A DNA stretch of 64,000 bases from Lingula anatina (lineage: Eukaryota > Animalia > Brachiopoda): NCBI GenBank assembly GCA_051362555.1, contig CM120640.1, forward strand, positions 65,202,788 through 65,266,787, in the 5' to 3' direction. Made by a program: the position numbers and the translations under genes. Of the stretch, positions 15,701-29,033 are shown one piece after another (the first letter of the stretch is position 1; every line of letters starts with the position of its first letter). The notes under the pieces were generated by a model. It saw nothing but the letters and a program-made list of their open reading frames with translations, did not search any database and was not told where the DNA came from.

Positions 15701-18700
15701 ATTATTGTAGAAGTTATGCTTTTTTCTTTCACTTTTCAACATATATGCAACACTGTAAACACATTTCAAGGAAAACCGATAGGCCTGTTGTCGTGAAACT
15801 CTCAGGAGTAATCGATCTTACTAAAACGGAGGTCAAGTTCGAAAATTGGCATGCAGCCTGAGTTGGAAAAGCAGTCTAATTGGCTTCTTTTTCTGGAAGT
15901 TATACATTTTCAAAGTGTGAACTTGAACTCTCATGGGCCTGAAGCCTTATGCTTGTTACACATTTTACTTTCATTGGTATTACCTGTTGAGCATAATTAA
16001 AATTTGATGTTGAATTTACAGTTTAACATAATGTACTTTTGCATCAGAATAAACAGTAGCCTATTTTGTGCATAGTTATTTCCTGCTTTTTGTCTGTACA
16101 TTTGACAGCTTTGCTGCCTTGTTTGTAAATATGTGCAAAGTGGTCTACCTCTCAATCAGAGGCTGTGTTGTCTTTTGAATTAATAATATGTTTATTGCTC
16201 AGTGGTCTTTCTGGTATGTATGAGGATTATTGATTTTTCCGTGGCTTTGCTTCTTTCATTTACAGAATTCTCAGAATAAATTACCATATAATTGATTTGA
16301 ATTAATTCCACCTTTCCCTCATGAATACATACCTGTGAAAGCCAGGTGACTCTTAAGAACTTGCAATTATGTCTAGGATGGCACAGAGGTGATTTAAAGA
16401 TACAATTTATGTGACATGCTGTATTGTTTTATGACATAATACCTGTATTTACATGTGGCAGGTAATTCAAAAGACAACTTTAAAGCTATTCTAAATGCAT
16501 ATGAAAATGTCCCAAAGTCTTACTTTTTATGTCTGTAAATGTATGTCCTGCAAAGTTTTTTTTATCTTTTACCTGATGTTGGCATTTTCTTCTGTTATCT
16601 CAAAATGGGTAATTAAAACATCATGATTCATTTAGAACTAAGCTATTTTTTAAAATTAGAAACTGTGCAAAACATCAAATCCAAGTGCAGGGGCGGGTCA
16701 AGTCATAATTCATAAGTAGGAGAAAAAAATTGCTTTTTTTCCTCTTGCAAAAGTAGTTTTGGTGCAAAAATCCCATATACCAAACAAAATGGAGGACTGT
16801 TTTTGTCAGCATTATATAAAAATGAAGTTTTGTGTAGATCTCTCTAAGATGCATGTTTATAATTCCATTGGAAAAATGTCATAGTTGTCATTAGAAAATA
16901 TCCAGTGTCACATCTCTAAGATGTTGTTCTAGTTTTGTGTTGCTGCCCCTGCAAAGGTTCCACAATTGCATGTTATCATTGTTAAAAGACTGCTTTTTAA
17001 TGGGGATCATCTAGAACCAGACTGCCATTGTGCCTGCTTGTATCATTGTTAGGTACATTAAAAACACTTCAGACGAGTATTTTCTATTAACACGTCTCAC
17101 TGTATTTCAGGCCACTGATTCCAGTGAAACACCAGCTGGACTACGAGCGTATGTTGCCACCTGCTGTCTATGGGAAAATCAGGGTGATTCGATTGAAAAG
17201 AAGAGCAAATGAAAGTCTAGGATTTGCAGTGAGAGGGGGTAAGGTTCAATGACTTGAGCAATCTCACACTGACTTGTGGTATTTCTATATATAAATATAT
17301 ACCTAATTTTCCACCCTATGGCATGCAAGGGAACACTTCTGAGGTAGAAAATTACACAACTTCATATTTTATTCAGAAGTTTCCCATTGGGGAAGATAAA
17401 AGCATGATTTATATAGAAATGCATTCCTCCACTTACAAATAATTGAATTTCAATTTCCTTTTTGTGTAGAAAGTATTTTAAATTGCCCCCTGTTTTTTTC
17501 CCCATTATTTTGGTAGGTTACATCAGTAATGTGTTATTACTGTATATATATTTCATATGTCATCCATCCACTTTTAGGTTTAGAGCACGGTATAGGGGTG
17601 TATGTGTCCCATGTTGATCCAGAGTCACAAGCCTACCACCAGGGACTCAGGGTGAGTATATCAAACATATTAAAGATACAATTTGTGTCCCCTGGAGATC
17701 CAAAGCCACATTCAAGCTTGTTACCATGTACTCGGGTTGAATTTATAAGATGTGTCAATATAAAAAAAGATCCAAGTAGTTTTCCTTTCCATAAACATAT
17801 CATATCTTAATCACCTGTAAATCCTGCAATGTACTTGTATCATGTAATGTACTGTCTGTTCAGGTTGGAGACCAGATAGTGAGAGTGAATGGATTCACCA
17901 TTGAGCAGGCCATCCATGATGAGGTGCTGAACTTGCTGAAGGCAAAGAGTCAGATCGTTCTGAAAGTCAGATGTAAGTATGAACAGTATTGTAATAACAT
18001 AATAGAAAATAGTTTAAAGAGATAAGGAAGTCTCATGATGTTGCTTGCACTTTGGCATACTTCACTATTCAAGTGACCTGGAATTGAAATATTTTGTAAA
18101 GTTTCATGTTTTAAAATAAAAAAAGAATTGTTAAAATTGAAAAGTGTAAATGCTATTGTTCATGACTCTTTTGTAACAAATCCTTATTTTTATCTTCCAG
18201 ATATAGGAATGCTTCCATCCAAAGAGTAAGTGCAGATGTTTGATTCTGATCCAAGAAAGCTAATTTCAGTTTTTTATACCAGGTGTAACTAATTGTAATT
18301 CATTTTGTCACCGACATATTTTTTTCTGATTTTAATTCTTAGTTTTATCTTTTATTTCATAGCCGGGGTGATGACTTTGTAAGATGGCAGTTTGTGGACA
18401 GACTTGACTCTGGAAAGGCTCTGGTAGGTGGAGCCACCATGTCTCTGTCACTTTTGTCATGTAAATTAAAAGAATTAGTTTGTGATGTTCAAAACGAAGA
18501 CAAAATTTCAATGTCATTAAATTTAACAGAACAAACCCAACTTTTGTTTGAAAATATTCTTTAAATAAAAAATAAAATTTCAATTAATACAAATTTTATA
18601 TGTTCTTTGAAGTATTAAAACAATGAACAAAATTTTAAAAGCTTAGAGGAGAACATTTTTTATCTTTTCCTCGATAATTTCAGCAACATGTCCTTGAGGA

Positions 18701-21700
18701 TGCATATGCCAGGACCTATCTGTTGGACCAGAGGGATGTGAAGTTGTTTATACATATCCCTGTAGGAATGGGTCTGGGCTGCAGGTACTTGTTAGCTTAT
18801 GTTTATTATAATTGATATATAAATATTCTACTTCATATACTATAGGTAGCAGTTATTTTCTTCAATATGAGCAATTCAGTCAACATTTATTGACCTTATC
18901 CTACCAGCTGGAGTTAAAATTGAATATCTGTATAGAAAATAGATATTTTCATGGCAAATGTGAAGTGAAATTGTACTGAGAAGTTTCCTATAGTGAGAGC
19001 TGTGGTTGTGTTCCAGTATTTGCAGTGGTCCCCCTGAACACCCAGGTATATTTATCCAGTCTATAAAGCAGGGGAGCCTGGCAGAGGAGGCAGGGCTGGA
19101 GGTCGGAGATCAGATCATCAATGTCAATGGAACCAGCTTTTTTGGGATATCCCATGGGGAGGTACGGAAAGAAATGTATAAATGAAAATAATGAATTTTT
19201 GTTTTCACTAAATTAGGAACTGACTAATTAGGAACTTTTAACATTATTGCCACAGGAATGTTGTTAATGTTGTGGTTAGCTTGTATATTTTTAAGATTTA
19301 TGTATTTATTTTTCCAAGTGATATAATTTTTTCATTTTGTCATATTTCAGGCCGTAGTGGCACTCAAGGGCAGCCGACAGTTGGAGTTCATCATCAGGAA
19401 GGGAGCTGTAAGTCCTAAGTTATTCCTCCACGCTTGTCTGTATCCCTCTGATACCCATCTAATATAACAATGTTTAAAACCCCAAACGTTTTAAATATTT
19501 TTCCAGCAGACTGGGACATATGGATTAATGATATTATTATATTGCTAAAAGAAAATTATTATTTATATATGTAATGTTTCCCAGGGTGCAGATCTATTCC
19601 GTCCCAACTCTCCAGTCCTGTCAACAGAAGAGCTGCGCGAGAGAGAGCGTCTGCTAGAAATGAAAGAGATGGCCATTCAGAGAGAAAGAGAAAAAATTGA
19701 AAGAAAGGAAAGAGAACAGTAAGTAGGCAAAACATAAAAAGTAAAACATGAAATGGATCTTAGCGCCCAACTAACATTTTTTGTCGTGGAATTTCTGTAA
19801 AGAAAAGAATATATTTTTTACGTTAAAAAATTGACATTGTCTGTAAACATCATTACAATCTTTACAAGATGACAAATGTTTTAAAATATCTTCAGTGAAA
19901 TTAACTTCAAAGTTAAAAGCATGTTTTGTTGCTTCTGTTTTTCCTGCAGCTTAGCTCTTGTGTGGTAAGCAGGACTTTGGATATTCCTTATGCACATTGT
20001 CTTGTGGCATGCTTGCTTGTACTGCTCAAAATAAAAAATTTCTCCTGGAAATTAAGTGAATATTAAGCTTATCTGATAATTTATTGGGTTTTGTTACAAA
20101 ATACAAAATTTGAACTTAATGTTCTTCATTTGAGTGATCTTAATGTGAATTTTCTTCATACTGCTGCTATGTACATCCTCATAGCTTGTGATTACTGAAA
20201 CATGTACACAGCATGGTTTATGACATTTGTTTCTTTTATATGGAGTTCATTTTTGCCTCATAGATGTATGCATGTTTTCATACATTTCCGAGATATACTG
20301 TTGTACTGTTCTCTGTTGTTGTTTTCAGCAAATTACTAGAAACTGAAAGAAAAAGAGAAACAATGGAAAGAAAACTACGAGAAAAGGGTAAAGGCATTTT
20401 CAAATATCTGTATATTAGATAGCTAGATTGGAAGGAGAAGATCTTTATTTGAACTGTTTGTTGAATAATGGTTTTGAATGTGTATTCTCCAAAGTTACTT
20501 ACTGCAGGGACTCATTTGTTAGTAATTTTTTTAGATAAATAAGAAGGGAGAGTGAATGCACTTGTATGAATTATTAGGACCAGTTTTTAACACAACTCAC
20601 AGAGAATCCAAATGCCAAAAAAATCTCTTGGGCAGCAGAGAAAAGTGCTTTCAAACTGCACCTTCTTCATATTTCTGGTTTAATTGACTTATTTTTATTG
20701 TAGTCCATAAAGCACAAAGTAAGTAAAAATATCTGTGCAAATATCATTCACTAGAAATAATGTAATGTCATGTAAGCACTTACATAATATGCATCTTTAA
20801 CATTGTAGAAGCCCGTCATCAGGATGCTATTTCAAGACTCAAACAACAAGAACAAGAAACTAAAAAAGAAGCTGAGGAAAGGAAGAAAACCGAGGAGCAA
20901 GCAAAGAGAGATCAAGGTTTGGTTTGCTGAAATACAGTTATATATTAATTCAAATTTGAAATTTGTTTTTAAAATATCAACCAAAATTACTGAGACAAAT
21001 GAGTGTCATTTTATGATTTAGACTTTATACTCAGATTTTAATTGCAGAGGAAAAAGAGGAGGAAATTTTGCAAACCAAACAAGAGCATGAAGAAAGCATG
21101 ACTAAGATGCAGGAAGAACTGCTGACACTTCAAGAAAGAGAAAAACAACAGAAGGAAAGACTGAAAGAACAGGTATTTCTGAGCAATATGGTAGCTCTTT
21201 GAATTAATGCATTTTTGCCAATAATCATTTGATGGATATGACTTTGTACCATACAGATTGTGGTGCATTACTGTCATTTTAGTCGAATATGATCATGTCA
21301 AGGTGGGATTGTGTAATTGATCAGGTGTATATATTAAGATAACCTGACCTATTTTTGCCTGTTACAGTTAAACTAAATGTTCTTATTTTTTGCTGCTAAA
21401 GATGAATTACATTCAGAATCTCAAGAAACAAATGCAGGCGGTCAGTTTTTCTCTCTTTGCAAACTGCACAGACTTATAATTAATTACTTGTTTTAAACTG
21501 CATATTATATTTTGGAGCAGCATTGCTTTCATACACTGGCACATGCATGCACAGTTTTCTGATAAAGATTTACACTGCACTGCTATTACATTTATTTATT
21601 GCTGTTTTTAAAAAACAATCACTGATTTTTAAACATAAATTTTTGTTACTTTGTTAGTATGTCATTTTCTGTTTATTTAGATACTGATTTATTGTGTAAC

Positions 21701-23471
21701 TTTTGTAAAGGATCTTATATATAGCAGTTCCTTAGAAATATATTGTGCAATAAAATGTTGTCTTTAATTGATGTTTACCAGACTATATGTTTCACAGTAT
21801 GATAGAGGTAAACAAAAATAAATTACTATGGTTAAATCTACTTAGTCTTATCAATGTATTGGTGATTGCTTCACTACCATAGTCGTATCTGTGTTACATG
21901 CTGCTCACAACTGCAGGAGAGAGAAAGGGAGAAAATGAAGCGGTTACGCAAAGAGCAGGAAATGCTGGCTATGGTTCAGCAGCAGGAGTTTAAGGGAATT
22001 GTTCGCACACAACAGGTCAAAAGTTCACGGTTCCAGCAGGAGATTGAGGAGGGGAAGCGTGAACATGAGAGGGAAGGTGTAGTGGTGAGACCATGTTCTT
22101 CACCTGCATGTTTCTGTCTATATACATAGTAACTGTTCTGTGCTACTGCTTTGTACTTCTCTATTTTGAATTTTTGTTGAACTTGAAGATCATCATTCCT
22201 TTCTTCAGTTTTCATGCTGATTGTGTTTATTCAATAACTCTCTTGTTATAGCTGTGTATACAGCACATTTTCTGCTGTTGTAGGATGAGAAAGCTACAAA
22301 GTTCAGACCTCTTATACGAAAAGCTTCTCAGTATGCTGTAGAACAAGCGGACATGAAGGTATAATGGATACCTCACTGTCACCGCTGTCTGCAAGGCACA
22401 TATCTATGTTATGGTTTTTATAAAGACACTGATCGAAGTTTGTCACACTTCATCAAATATGTATACTAGTATATTTCACTGCTGTTATTGACAATCCTTC
22501 AGTCAGATTCGCTATAAAATATGTATATTTTTTGTATCAGCATTGTGAATGATATATATTTTTTAATTATGTTAATATGCATGTGCTTATTGTGGCATGG
22601 TGCACTGTTAGGGAAACATTGGAATGCTGTTGATGACTACTCTAAAACTGTTATTGATTATTGATTTTTTTAGACAAGAAATTTATTTTGTCTCAAAATG
22701 TGGAAGAGTTTGATAAGCACTGTCATCTATACGAGAGTTTTTCCCCTCCCACATTACCCACCACAGAAGTTACATGTATGTCACTTCTATTCCTTCAGTT
22801 TAGTTTGTAAGGTTAGGATGAGGTATAGTACATTGAATAATCTTTGCCTTTATGATAAGATATATAAGGGGTATAAGAGATAATATGATATTGTGGGGAA
22901 ATACTGTGTAGTAGAACTTAGTAAATGTGTCCATTAGTGTGTTCACTGAATTTTCAATTATGGTGTCCATATTGAATGGCCACAGTTATTTTTCCATTTA
23001 GAAATGTACTAGTATAAGGTATTTGAATCACACAGCCCTGTAGATGCATGTTCACCATCAGGCACAATGTATAGTGCAGATTGTGTGAGATGAAGACACC
23101 ATACTTAATAGTACTGTACTTGTATGTATTCATGTTGTTTATATTAGACATTTTCTGACATTTTGAATTGACAGTTTTAGTTATTTCAGACTGCAAACAG
23201 TGGGCAATATTTATAGATATAAAGAGTAAAATTGTGACATTTTTTGTAAAGATGTTTACTTTCTGTCTCCTGCTACGTTATCCAGACTGAGTGGTATGAT
23301 ATCTCTTCAGCAGCTCTACTAACATCTAACCTGAAGTTGGTGTTTTAAGCCTGAAACATTATTATCTTGTGTTTACTCTTCTTTGGAATCGGAATTCATG
23401 TGTCTCAAATGCATTGAGTCAAAATGCTAATTCACTGAGAATTTTCAGGATGGATACATATAACTATGTAT

Positions 23472-23505
<34 letters not shown>

Positions 23506-26500
23506 GTATCTTATGAACCACTCTCCAGATGCATTATAACCTATTTCAGTTGACCCAGGCCAGTAGTTTCAAATTGCAAAAGCCAGTTTTGATGAGCCCA
23601 GCATCAAGCAAGACATCCTCACAGGAGAAGACAGGGTGAGTGATAGACAGTGCTGCCTTAATCAGTGTTGACAGAATCAAGAGAAAAAAATCAGTGGAAT
23701 ATTGATGTTTTCTGAAGTTGTGTTTCAGTCCTTAAGAGCAGATTGTTCATTGATAAACCAAGAAAAATGCCTTAATTGAGAATTTATACAAATTGTATTT
23801 TTAGGACCCCTTACTTTGATGATGATGCCATATCAGAAACAGATTTTGATCCAGAGAGATATGTGAGTGTTTATGAGTTGTTCAAGTTGTAAATCAACTA
23901 AATGGTGATATTCTTTACTTTTTGGGTAGATGCTTGAAAGCTGAAAACAGATACATTTATAATCAATTTATCATATATACATTAGATTCAAATAATATTG
24001 TTTGACAACAGTTTATTTTGGTGTTTATTTTGATGCAAATTTAATATCAATTTAATATTTTGGTATTCAGTTCACACATGAGGAGATAGAGGGCAGACAA
24101 GTGATACTGTTGAAGATACGACGGGTAAGATGGATCTTTTGCTTCTGAAATATACCTTATGATTGTGTATAAATCTTCTGAAGATTTTGTATGTTAAGCC
24201 TGTGCAATCTAACCAGTCCCTTATTATTTTTTTCTAGACCATAAGTCAATATTTGTTCACAATAGATATTTTTCTGTTTTAGAATGGTCTTCGAGACCTG
24301 TCATTTGAAGGAGGCACAGGCACAGCCCTCCGCGGCAAGATCATTGTGACACATGTCATGGAGGGAGGAATAGTTCACATGCAAGGTGGTGCATAGGGTT
24401 TTTCCCCCAATTCTTTGGAATCCAAATCCATTTGTGTTTAAGGTTGTTAACAGATTAATTAAGAAATTGCATTGCGAATAGAACATTATATGAAAAAATT
24501 AATGAAAATGAAGTTAAAATGGAAGTTGAAAATGAGGTACATGTTCACAAATATTTTCATTATATCTCTCATTGATGTGGTTCAAATTATGATTTGTCTA
24601 GAAATATCCAGGTTCTTGGCTAAAACAAATTAATAATATATCCTAGAGTTCAGTTGTACAAGTATTTTGCAGGTGGTATTCACAAGGGTGACCAGCTGAT
24701 GATGGTGGATGGTCACAGCCTGGTGGATGTGTCTATGGATGAAGCCATGAGGCTGGTGGATGAAGCAGCTGATAGAGTTGGGGTGAGATGTCACATTTAT
24801 AAATGAATCATTTTCACTTTATATATCTGTCTATACTTTATACATTAATACCATCAATGATGTTCAGTTTTTGTGTCTGCTGGGGCTTTAAAATTTCTTC
24901 TAATGATAGGATTTGCAGTAAACATGTCTTACACCCCATTTCCATAGATTTTTAGGTCGATCTATCCCTGTGGGGAGTCTCACTAGATAACTGTCAGCTT
25001 GGCCGGCTTAAGCGTCTGTCCTGCCTACTAAAAGCTGTAAGGGGGTAATTAACTATGGTGCCCGCTCGGCTGACTGCAATTTAGTGTGAACCCCCAGGGA
25101 GTAAGGTCGATCTAAAACTTAATCTTTAGATTGATCTAAATCTCTGGGAAAGCACCCTTAGAATTTGACGCATGGAATGATTCATGTTTTAGATACAAAT
25201 CTAACCATAAGGTAAAAACCTTTTTTAAAATTTTTTATGCAAAGTCATCTAAATTATGGAACGAGTAACCAGGTTGTTGAAATAACAAAAACACATTTGA
25301 AGTTAAGAACATTTTTATATAATTGTGCAGTGTGCAAATAGGGGGTCCACTTTTACTCTGTAATCTTTATTTATTGTTTTTCTTTTTCACTTCTTGTTTA
25401 AAAAATACAGCTTATGTTTTATTGTTTAAGTACATATATGGATGAAAATTAAAGTTCACTTGAATCTTCCTTCAGGTTCATGCACAGTTGGTGGTGGCCA
25501 AGGCTGGTCCTAAGGAGTATGAGGATGAGGTGTAAGTAGAACATGTTGGTACAGACACATTGACTAGAACTCAGGGATAGTTGTGTAGGAATGAGATCCT
25601 GAGAGAGATGGGAGGGAGTTGTAAGTAATGTGAGAGTATTGTTTATAGGGAATAGGTGCTTGGGGGGTGTAAACAGGCTTCATAAACAATATTGATCATT
25701 TGTGACTTGGAGGCACAAGTTAGTGATTTTGATTACTGTATTAATGACTCGAACCTCTTTTTCATGGTCTTATTGTATAAATACTGCTTGTAGTTAGGGG
25801 GAAGATGAGGAGATGGGTTGGGGGTATCAGTAACATAACAGGAGTGTGCTTGATGAGGTACCTCATGGAGAAAGAGCGTGGGGTGGTGAATAATGGGAGA
25901 AATGTTTAGAGTCAGGATAGGTTGGGTAGGGTGGAGTGACAGAGACAGGGGATTGGGTGTGCAGGGATTACGTATTTAAGGGTTGGGAGGGGGGAATGCA
26001 TGTAATTAACATGGAAATTACTGTGTATATACATGTGATTTTATCAGGAGTTGAAGCTGTTTCTTTTTACTCTACATGTACATAATCTGCTTATGGTGGA
26101 TTTTTGTCTTCCTTTTATACAGCAGGAGAATTTAAAGAGAAGGGTACAGAACACTTGTTAATTTTTTTCATTGTTAAAATAGGTCATCATTAAAGCAGCT
26201 GTATTGTTTTGGGAATGAACAGCCTGCTATGTACTTAGTATCACACTTGATCACAAATCCATGGTTTACTCCCTTATTTTTCACGCATCAGTCATAGATT
26301 GTATAAGCATAACTACAACTTCTTCACATAGTACAGTATACCTGTAAACTACTGTTTTGTTAGACCACTCACCAATTTATTTGGTTTAGAATTAATGGAA
26401 CTTTTATCCTGTACCTAATTTCTAATCTCCAAACTGTTAGAATAGTTAACTTTTGTGAGTTGACATATTAGACTTGAGGTAACTTACATTTTCTCAAGGA

Positions 26501-27764
26501 ATTTCAATTATGATTGTGGCTGTGAATATGACACCGATAGACATTTGTTTTCCAGTCTGTTTTGAACGAAGCTCCCAAAGTGAGACATCAGTGGTATTTT
26601 AATGATCTGAGTGTATTTCTCACATTTGGGTTATTTTCCTTTATTACATTTAAACAAAGAACTGGTTGTTTGGAGAACATCACTTTCATGTATGATATGT
26701 GGATCAGAAATATTTATTGTTCCAAGTAATTGTAGCACTAAGGTAGAGTGGTATATCACTGGCATAGTGGTATATCACTGGCATAAGGTAATATATCACT
26801 GGCATACAGTGGTATATCACCAGTATACAGCAGCATGTCAAAGGCATGCAGTGGCATATCACCCATAAGGTCCGTAGCCAGTGGGACTTTTTGCTGGGTA
26901 AAGGTCCACTTTGGGTTAATTTGATCTAGTTAAATTTAGGTTTCATGGCAAAAAGTCCACATTTTCAGAAAAAGAACACCCTTTTGCAATTGCTGGCTAC
27001 GGGCCTGCATACAGTTGCATATCATTCAAATATGTGAGTATATCACTGTTTTATTGTGGTATATCACCAGTTTGCACCATAAGCTCACATTTATTCAAGC
27101 TTCACATATAATGCTCACTAATTTTTGTTTCTTCAAGCATGAGGTCTGGTTCAAATTCCACCAGTGAGTATAGACAGGTTGAATGTTACATGCTGGATGT
27201 ACATGTATCTGCACAGGAGAAAGCAATATTGCTTTTGTTTGGCTTTGTTAAGACACATTTGTCTCTTATTTATTTTCTAAGTTCAACTTGGTCTTTAATG
27301 CTTCACCTTGTGCTGCAGATTTCAACTAAACAACAACCTTCAAAAAACTTTTGTTTCTTTGATACACTTCTTATTAGTCTTTTTCTTTATTGCACTAATT
27401 TAACAATATTTCAGTTTGGTTTTTAGACTTGGAACTGTCAACTTTTTATGTTTCTTTATAATTACTCATTCAGACTTGCTTTAATTTTTAGTGTGACATT
27501 CTACATGTAGAATTGTCAAGACTGTGTACAGTCTCTAGATAAAACATTTAACTTACATTTGTCAGTAACTAATGTATAACATTTAAATAAACCAGTACTT
27601 GGTGACTTATGTGCTTTATGTTGTATATAACCTGGCGTAACTGGATAAAAGTTACTTAGGACTTTTGTGTTTAGTGTATGTTTTGTTTCTCAGTTAAACA
27701 GTATGTGTATCATTTCTTATACTGTATATTTCTTATATTTGTGTATTTCAGCACCTACTTTTAG
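4248..27764 (+). CDS. USH1C: Harmonin (Usher syndrome 1C ortholog): HHD + PDZ1 + PDZ2 + coiled coil + PDZ3, ~25 coding exons
   Basis: GT-AG, phase-consistent exons: 4248-4283 MEQQLAKEFNEE; 11478-11545 VHALIDDLSEREALFQSLREYQQ; 11707-11790; 17111-17238 PLIPVKHQLDY...ESLGFAVRG; 17578-17651; 17864-17972 VGDQIVRVNGFTIEQAIHDEV; 18201-18225; 18363-18423; 18684-18784; 19017-19161; 19351-19407; coiled-coil exons 19585-22358; ~23529-23635; ~23806-23862; PDZ3 exons 24071-24124, 24283-24385, 24673-24782; ~25476-25531; 27752-27764. The protein ends KEYEDEVTYF*. This matches recalled human harmonin (MDRKVAREFRHK|VDFLIEN..., PLIPLKHQVEY, ...KEYDDELTFF). Confidence 0.93.
4863..5125. mobile_element. PIF/Harbinger-like palindromic MITE in harmonin intron 1
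   Basis: GGGCTCATTCCATGAA...TTCAATGGAAATAAGCCC termini with ~100-bp inverted arms and ATA on both flanks. Confidence 0.65.
6704..6773. repeat. (TG)35 microsatellite
   Basis: Read directly from the sequence. Confidence 0.97.
6873..7086. mobile_element. PIF/Harbinger (Tourist-like) MITE, copy 1
   Basis: TAA on both flanks and a ...GGGAATGAGCCC end. It is homologous, in inverted orientation, to 24932-25157. Confidence 0.75.
7822..11296 (+). mobile_element. Helentron-associated non-autonomous element (HINE/DINE-1-like) carrying a 146-bp tandem array
   Basis: T-run start; subterminal IR TATTGTACCACCAGC (7825-7839) matched by GCTGGTGGTACAATA (11246-11260); 5' hairpin partner at 7846-7857; GC-rich microsatellite-like tract; 3' stem-loop GAGGCG-gtat-CGCCTC (11265-11280); CTAGTTT end. 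Confidence 0.85.
8800..11090. repeat. ~16 x 146-bp tandem (satellite-like) repeat inside the HINE
   Basis: CCAAAACTGGCAGAGATAGG recurs at 8811, 8957, 9103, 9249, 9395, 9541...10709, then degenerates at 10846 and 10991. Units contain GACCTTTGACC motifs. Confidence 0.95.
13414..16124 (+). mobile_element. Second HINE/DINE-1-like family, copy 1 (three tandem head units) in harmonin intron 3
   Basis: TTTTTATGTACAGACA-cagatg-TGTCTGTACAT head followed by a (GCCGAT)n microsatellite. The head recurs at ~14340 and ~15510. 3' subTIR TGTCTGTACAT (16091-16101), CAGC-ttt-GCTG hairpin, CTTGTTT end. Homologous to 41442-43695. Confidence 0.85.
24932..25157. mobile_element. PIF/Harbinger (Tourist-like) MITE, copy 2
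   Basis: TTA on both flanks. Reverse-complement homolog of 6873-7086. Confidence 0.75.
26748..27072. repeat. Degenerate ~19-21-bp minisatellite (GTGGTATATCACTGGCATA) interrupted by a ~140-bp MITE at 26867-27007
   Basis: Repeat units are visible on both sides of an insert with AGGTCCGTAGCCAG / CTGGCTACGGGCCT termini. Confidence 0.7.
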
Positions 27765-28645
27765 AGGCGGCAGTGACAGTGGGGGGAGTCTTAAACCAGT
27801 TTTGGATGGCAGAAGCTCCAGCAGTAGTACCACTATACCAGAACTGCCCATCAGTGTCATAGATTGACTGGAGGAAAGGAAGGAACTACACACAACTACC
27901 TGCCACATACTAGAAATAATAACACTACAGCCAAATGTTGTTGTTCTTTACATTACAAATTATTTTTAGTAATAATTATCTTTTCTAGAACACTGTTTGA
28001 AGAAATGCTGGTTTAAAAAAGTTTACAATTTTATTGGGAAAATTTGTTTGTCCAAATTCTCTAGTCCATTTTGCAGTTAAAAATGATGAATTGCCCTTCT
28101 TGTTTCACCATCTTTATCCACATTCAAGAGTTACTATGTTTTTTGCTTATTACAAATTGTTTGGTGGAGATTTGTAGTGATTTTAAGAGTAAACAAGGAT
28201 CTCATATTAATTCACTGTTTCGTCAAATCACTGTGTCACTTTTGATTCTAAATCTTACATTGAAAACCTCTTTCCCTGTATATTCACAGATTAAAATTGT
28301 CACCAACTGTGCATGGCTACCATCTGTGATATATACAGCAGAAGCTTGTGTTGGTACAGCTCACCACAGTCTTCAAAACAATGCCACTTTCATATTAAGC
28401 AGCAATATTTTTATTTGCCAAATTAACTCTTTCCAAAAGATAGATGACAAGCTGCTGCTCTATATGAAACATAAAACTTTGGAGGAATTATTTTGTTATA
28501 CACCACACAGCCAACTTGACATACTTTATAATTACACATAGGATTTTCAAAAGATACATTTGCCAAATTCAAGTCGTTTCTATTTAATTTAATACATGCA
28601 CATTCCATTAGTAGTTGAAGAGCTACCCACATAGTGAAATTTTAA

Positions 28646-29033
28646 AGGTGCTCTCTACAGGATTTACCTGCCAAAATGGATTTTCTTGGGGCTAATGGCA
28701 ATTTTTTCCTCCTCACAAATCATTCCTAGACTTATCCCTGTGCTAGGAATAGATGTATTGTTACATTTTTAATTGAATAATTTTGACTGGCCAGTTGTAT
28801 AGAGTTGTCTGCCTTCACGGGCATGGCCTCATGTTCACACAAGAAAATGGTGGTGTTTTTATGACAGACGTTGCAAGCTACCAGACATGGCAATTAAAAA
28901 GGATAATTACCACACTTCAGATACTTTTATTTAGAAGGTTTTGTCATCTTCAAGGTCTGAATTGGAAAATATAGGAAGTTTTTCAGGACATAAACACAAC
29001 TGTGGGGGATTTTAATTGGTGTGGAGAGTACCT
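28646..29033. mobile_element. TTAA-flanked MITE (Kolobok-like)
   Basis: TTAA|AGGTGCTCTCTACA ... TGTGGAGAGTACCT|TTAA. The TIR matches at 12/14 and has purine-purine termini. Confidence 0.65.

Noticed and set aside
13433-15796. MCLYILPSPASVV... ORFs (and the related ORF at 41378-41632)
   Set aside because: Chance frames within HINE repeats; frames and stops differ between copies.
16688-16951. CAGGGGC...GCCCCTG possible hAT MITE
   Set aside because: Only ~9 bp of inverted match and no convincing 8-bp TSD.
27667-28632. ORFs of 66 and 156 aa downstream of harmonin
   Set aside because: They lie in the probable harmonin 3' UTR, have AT-rich non-coding composition and show no motifs.
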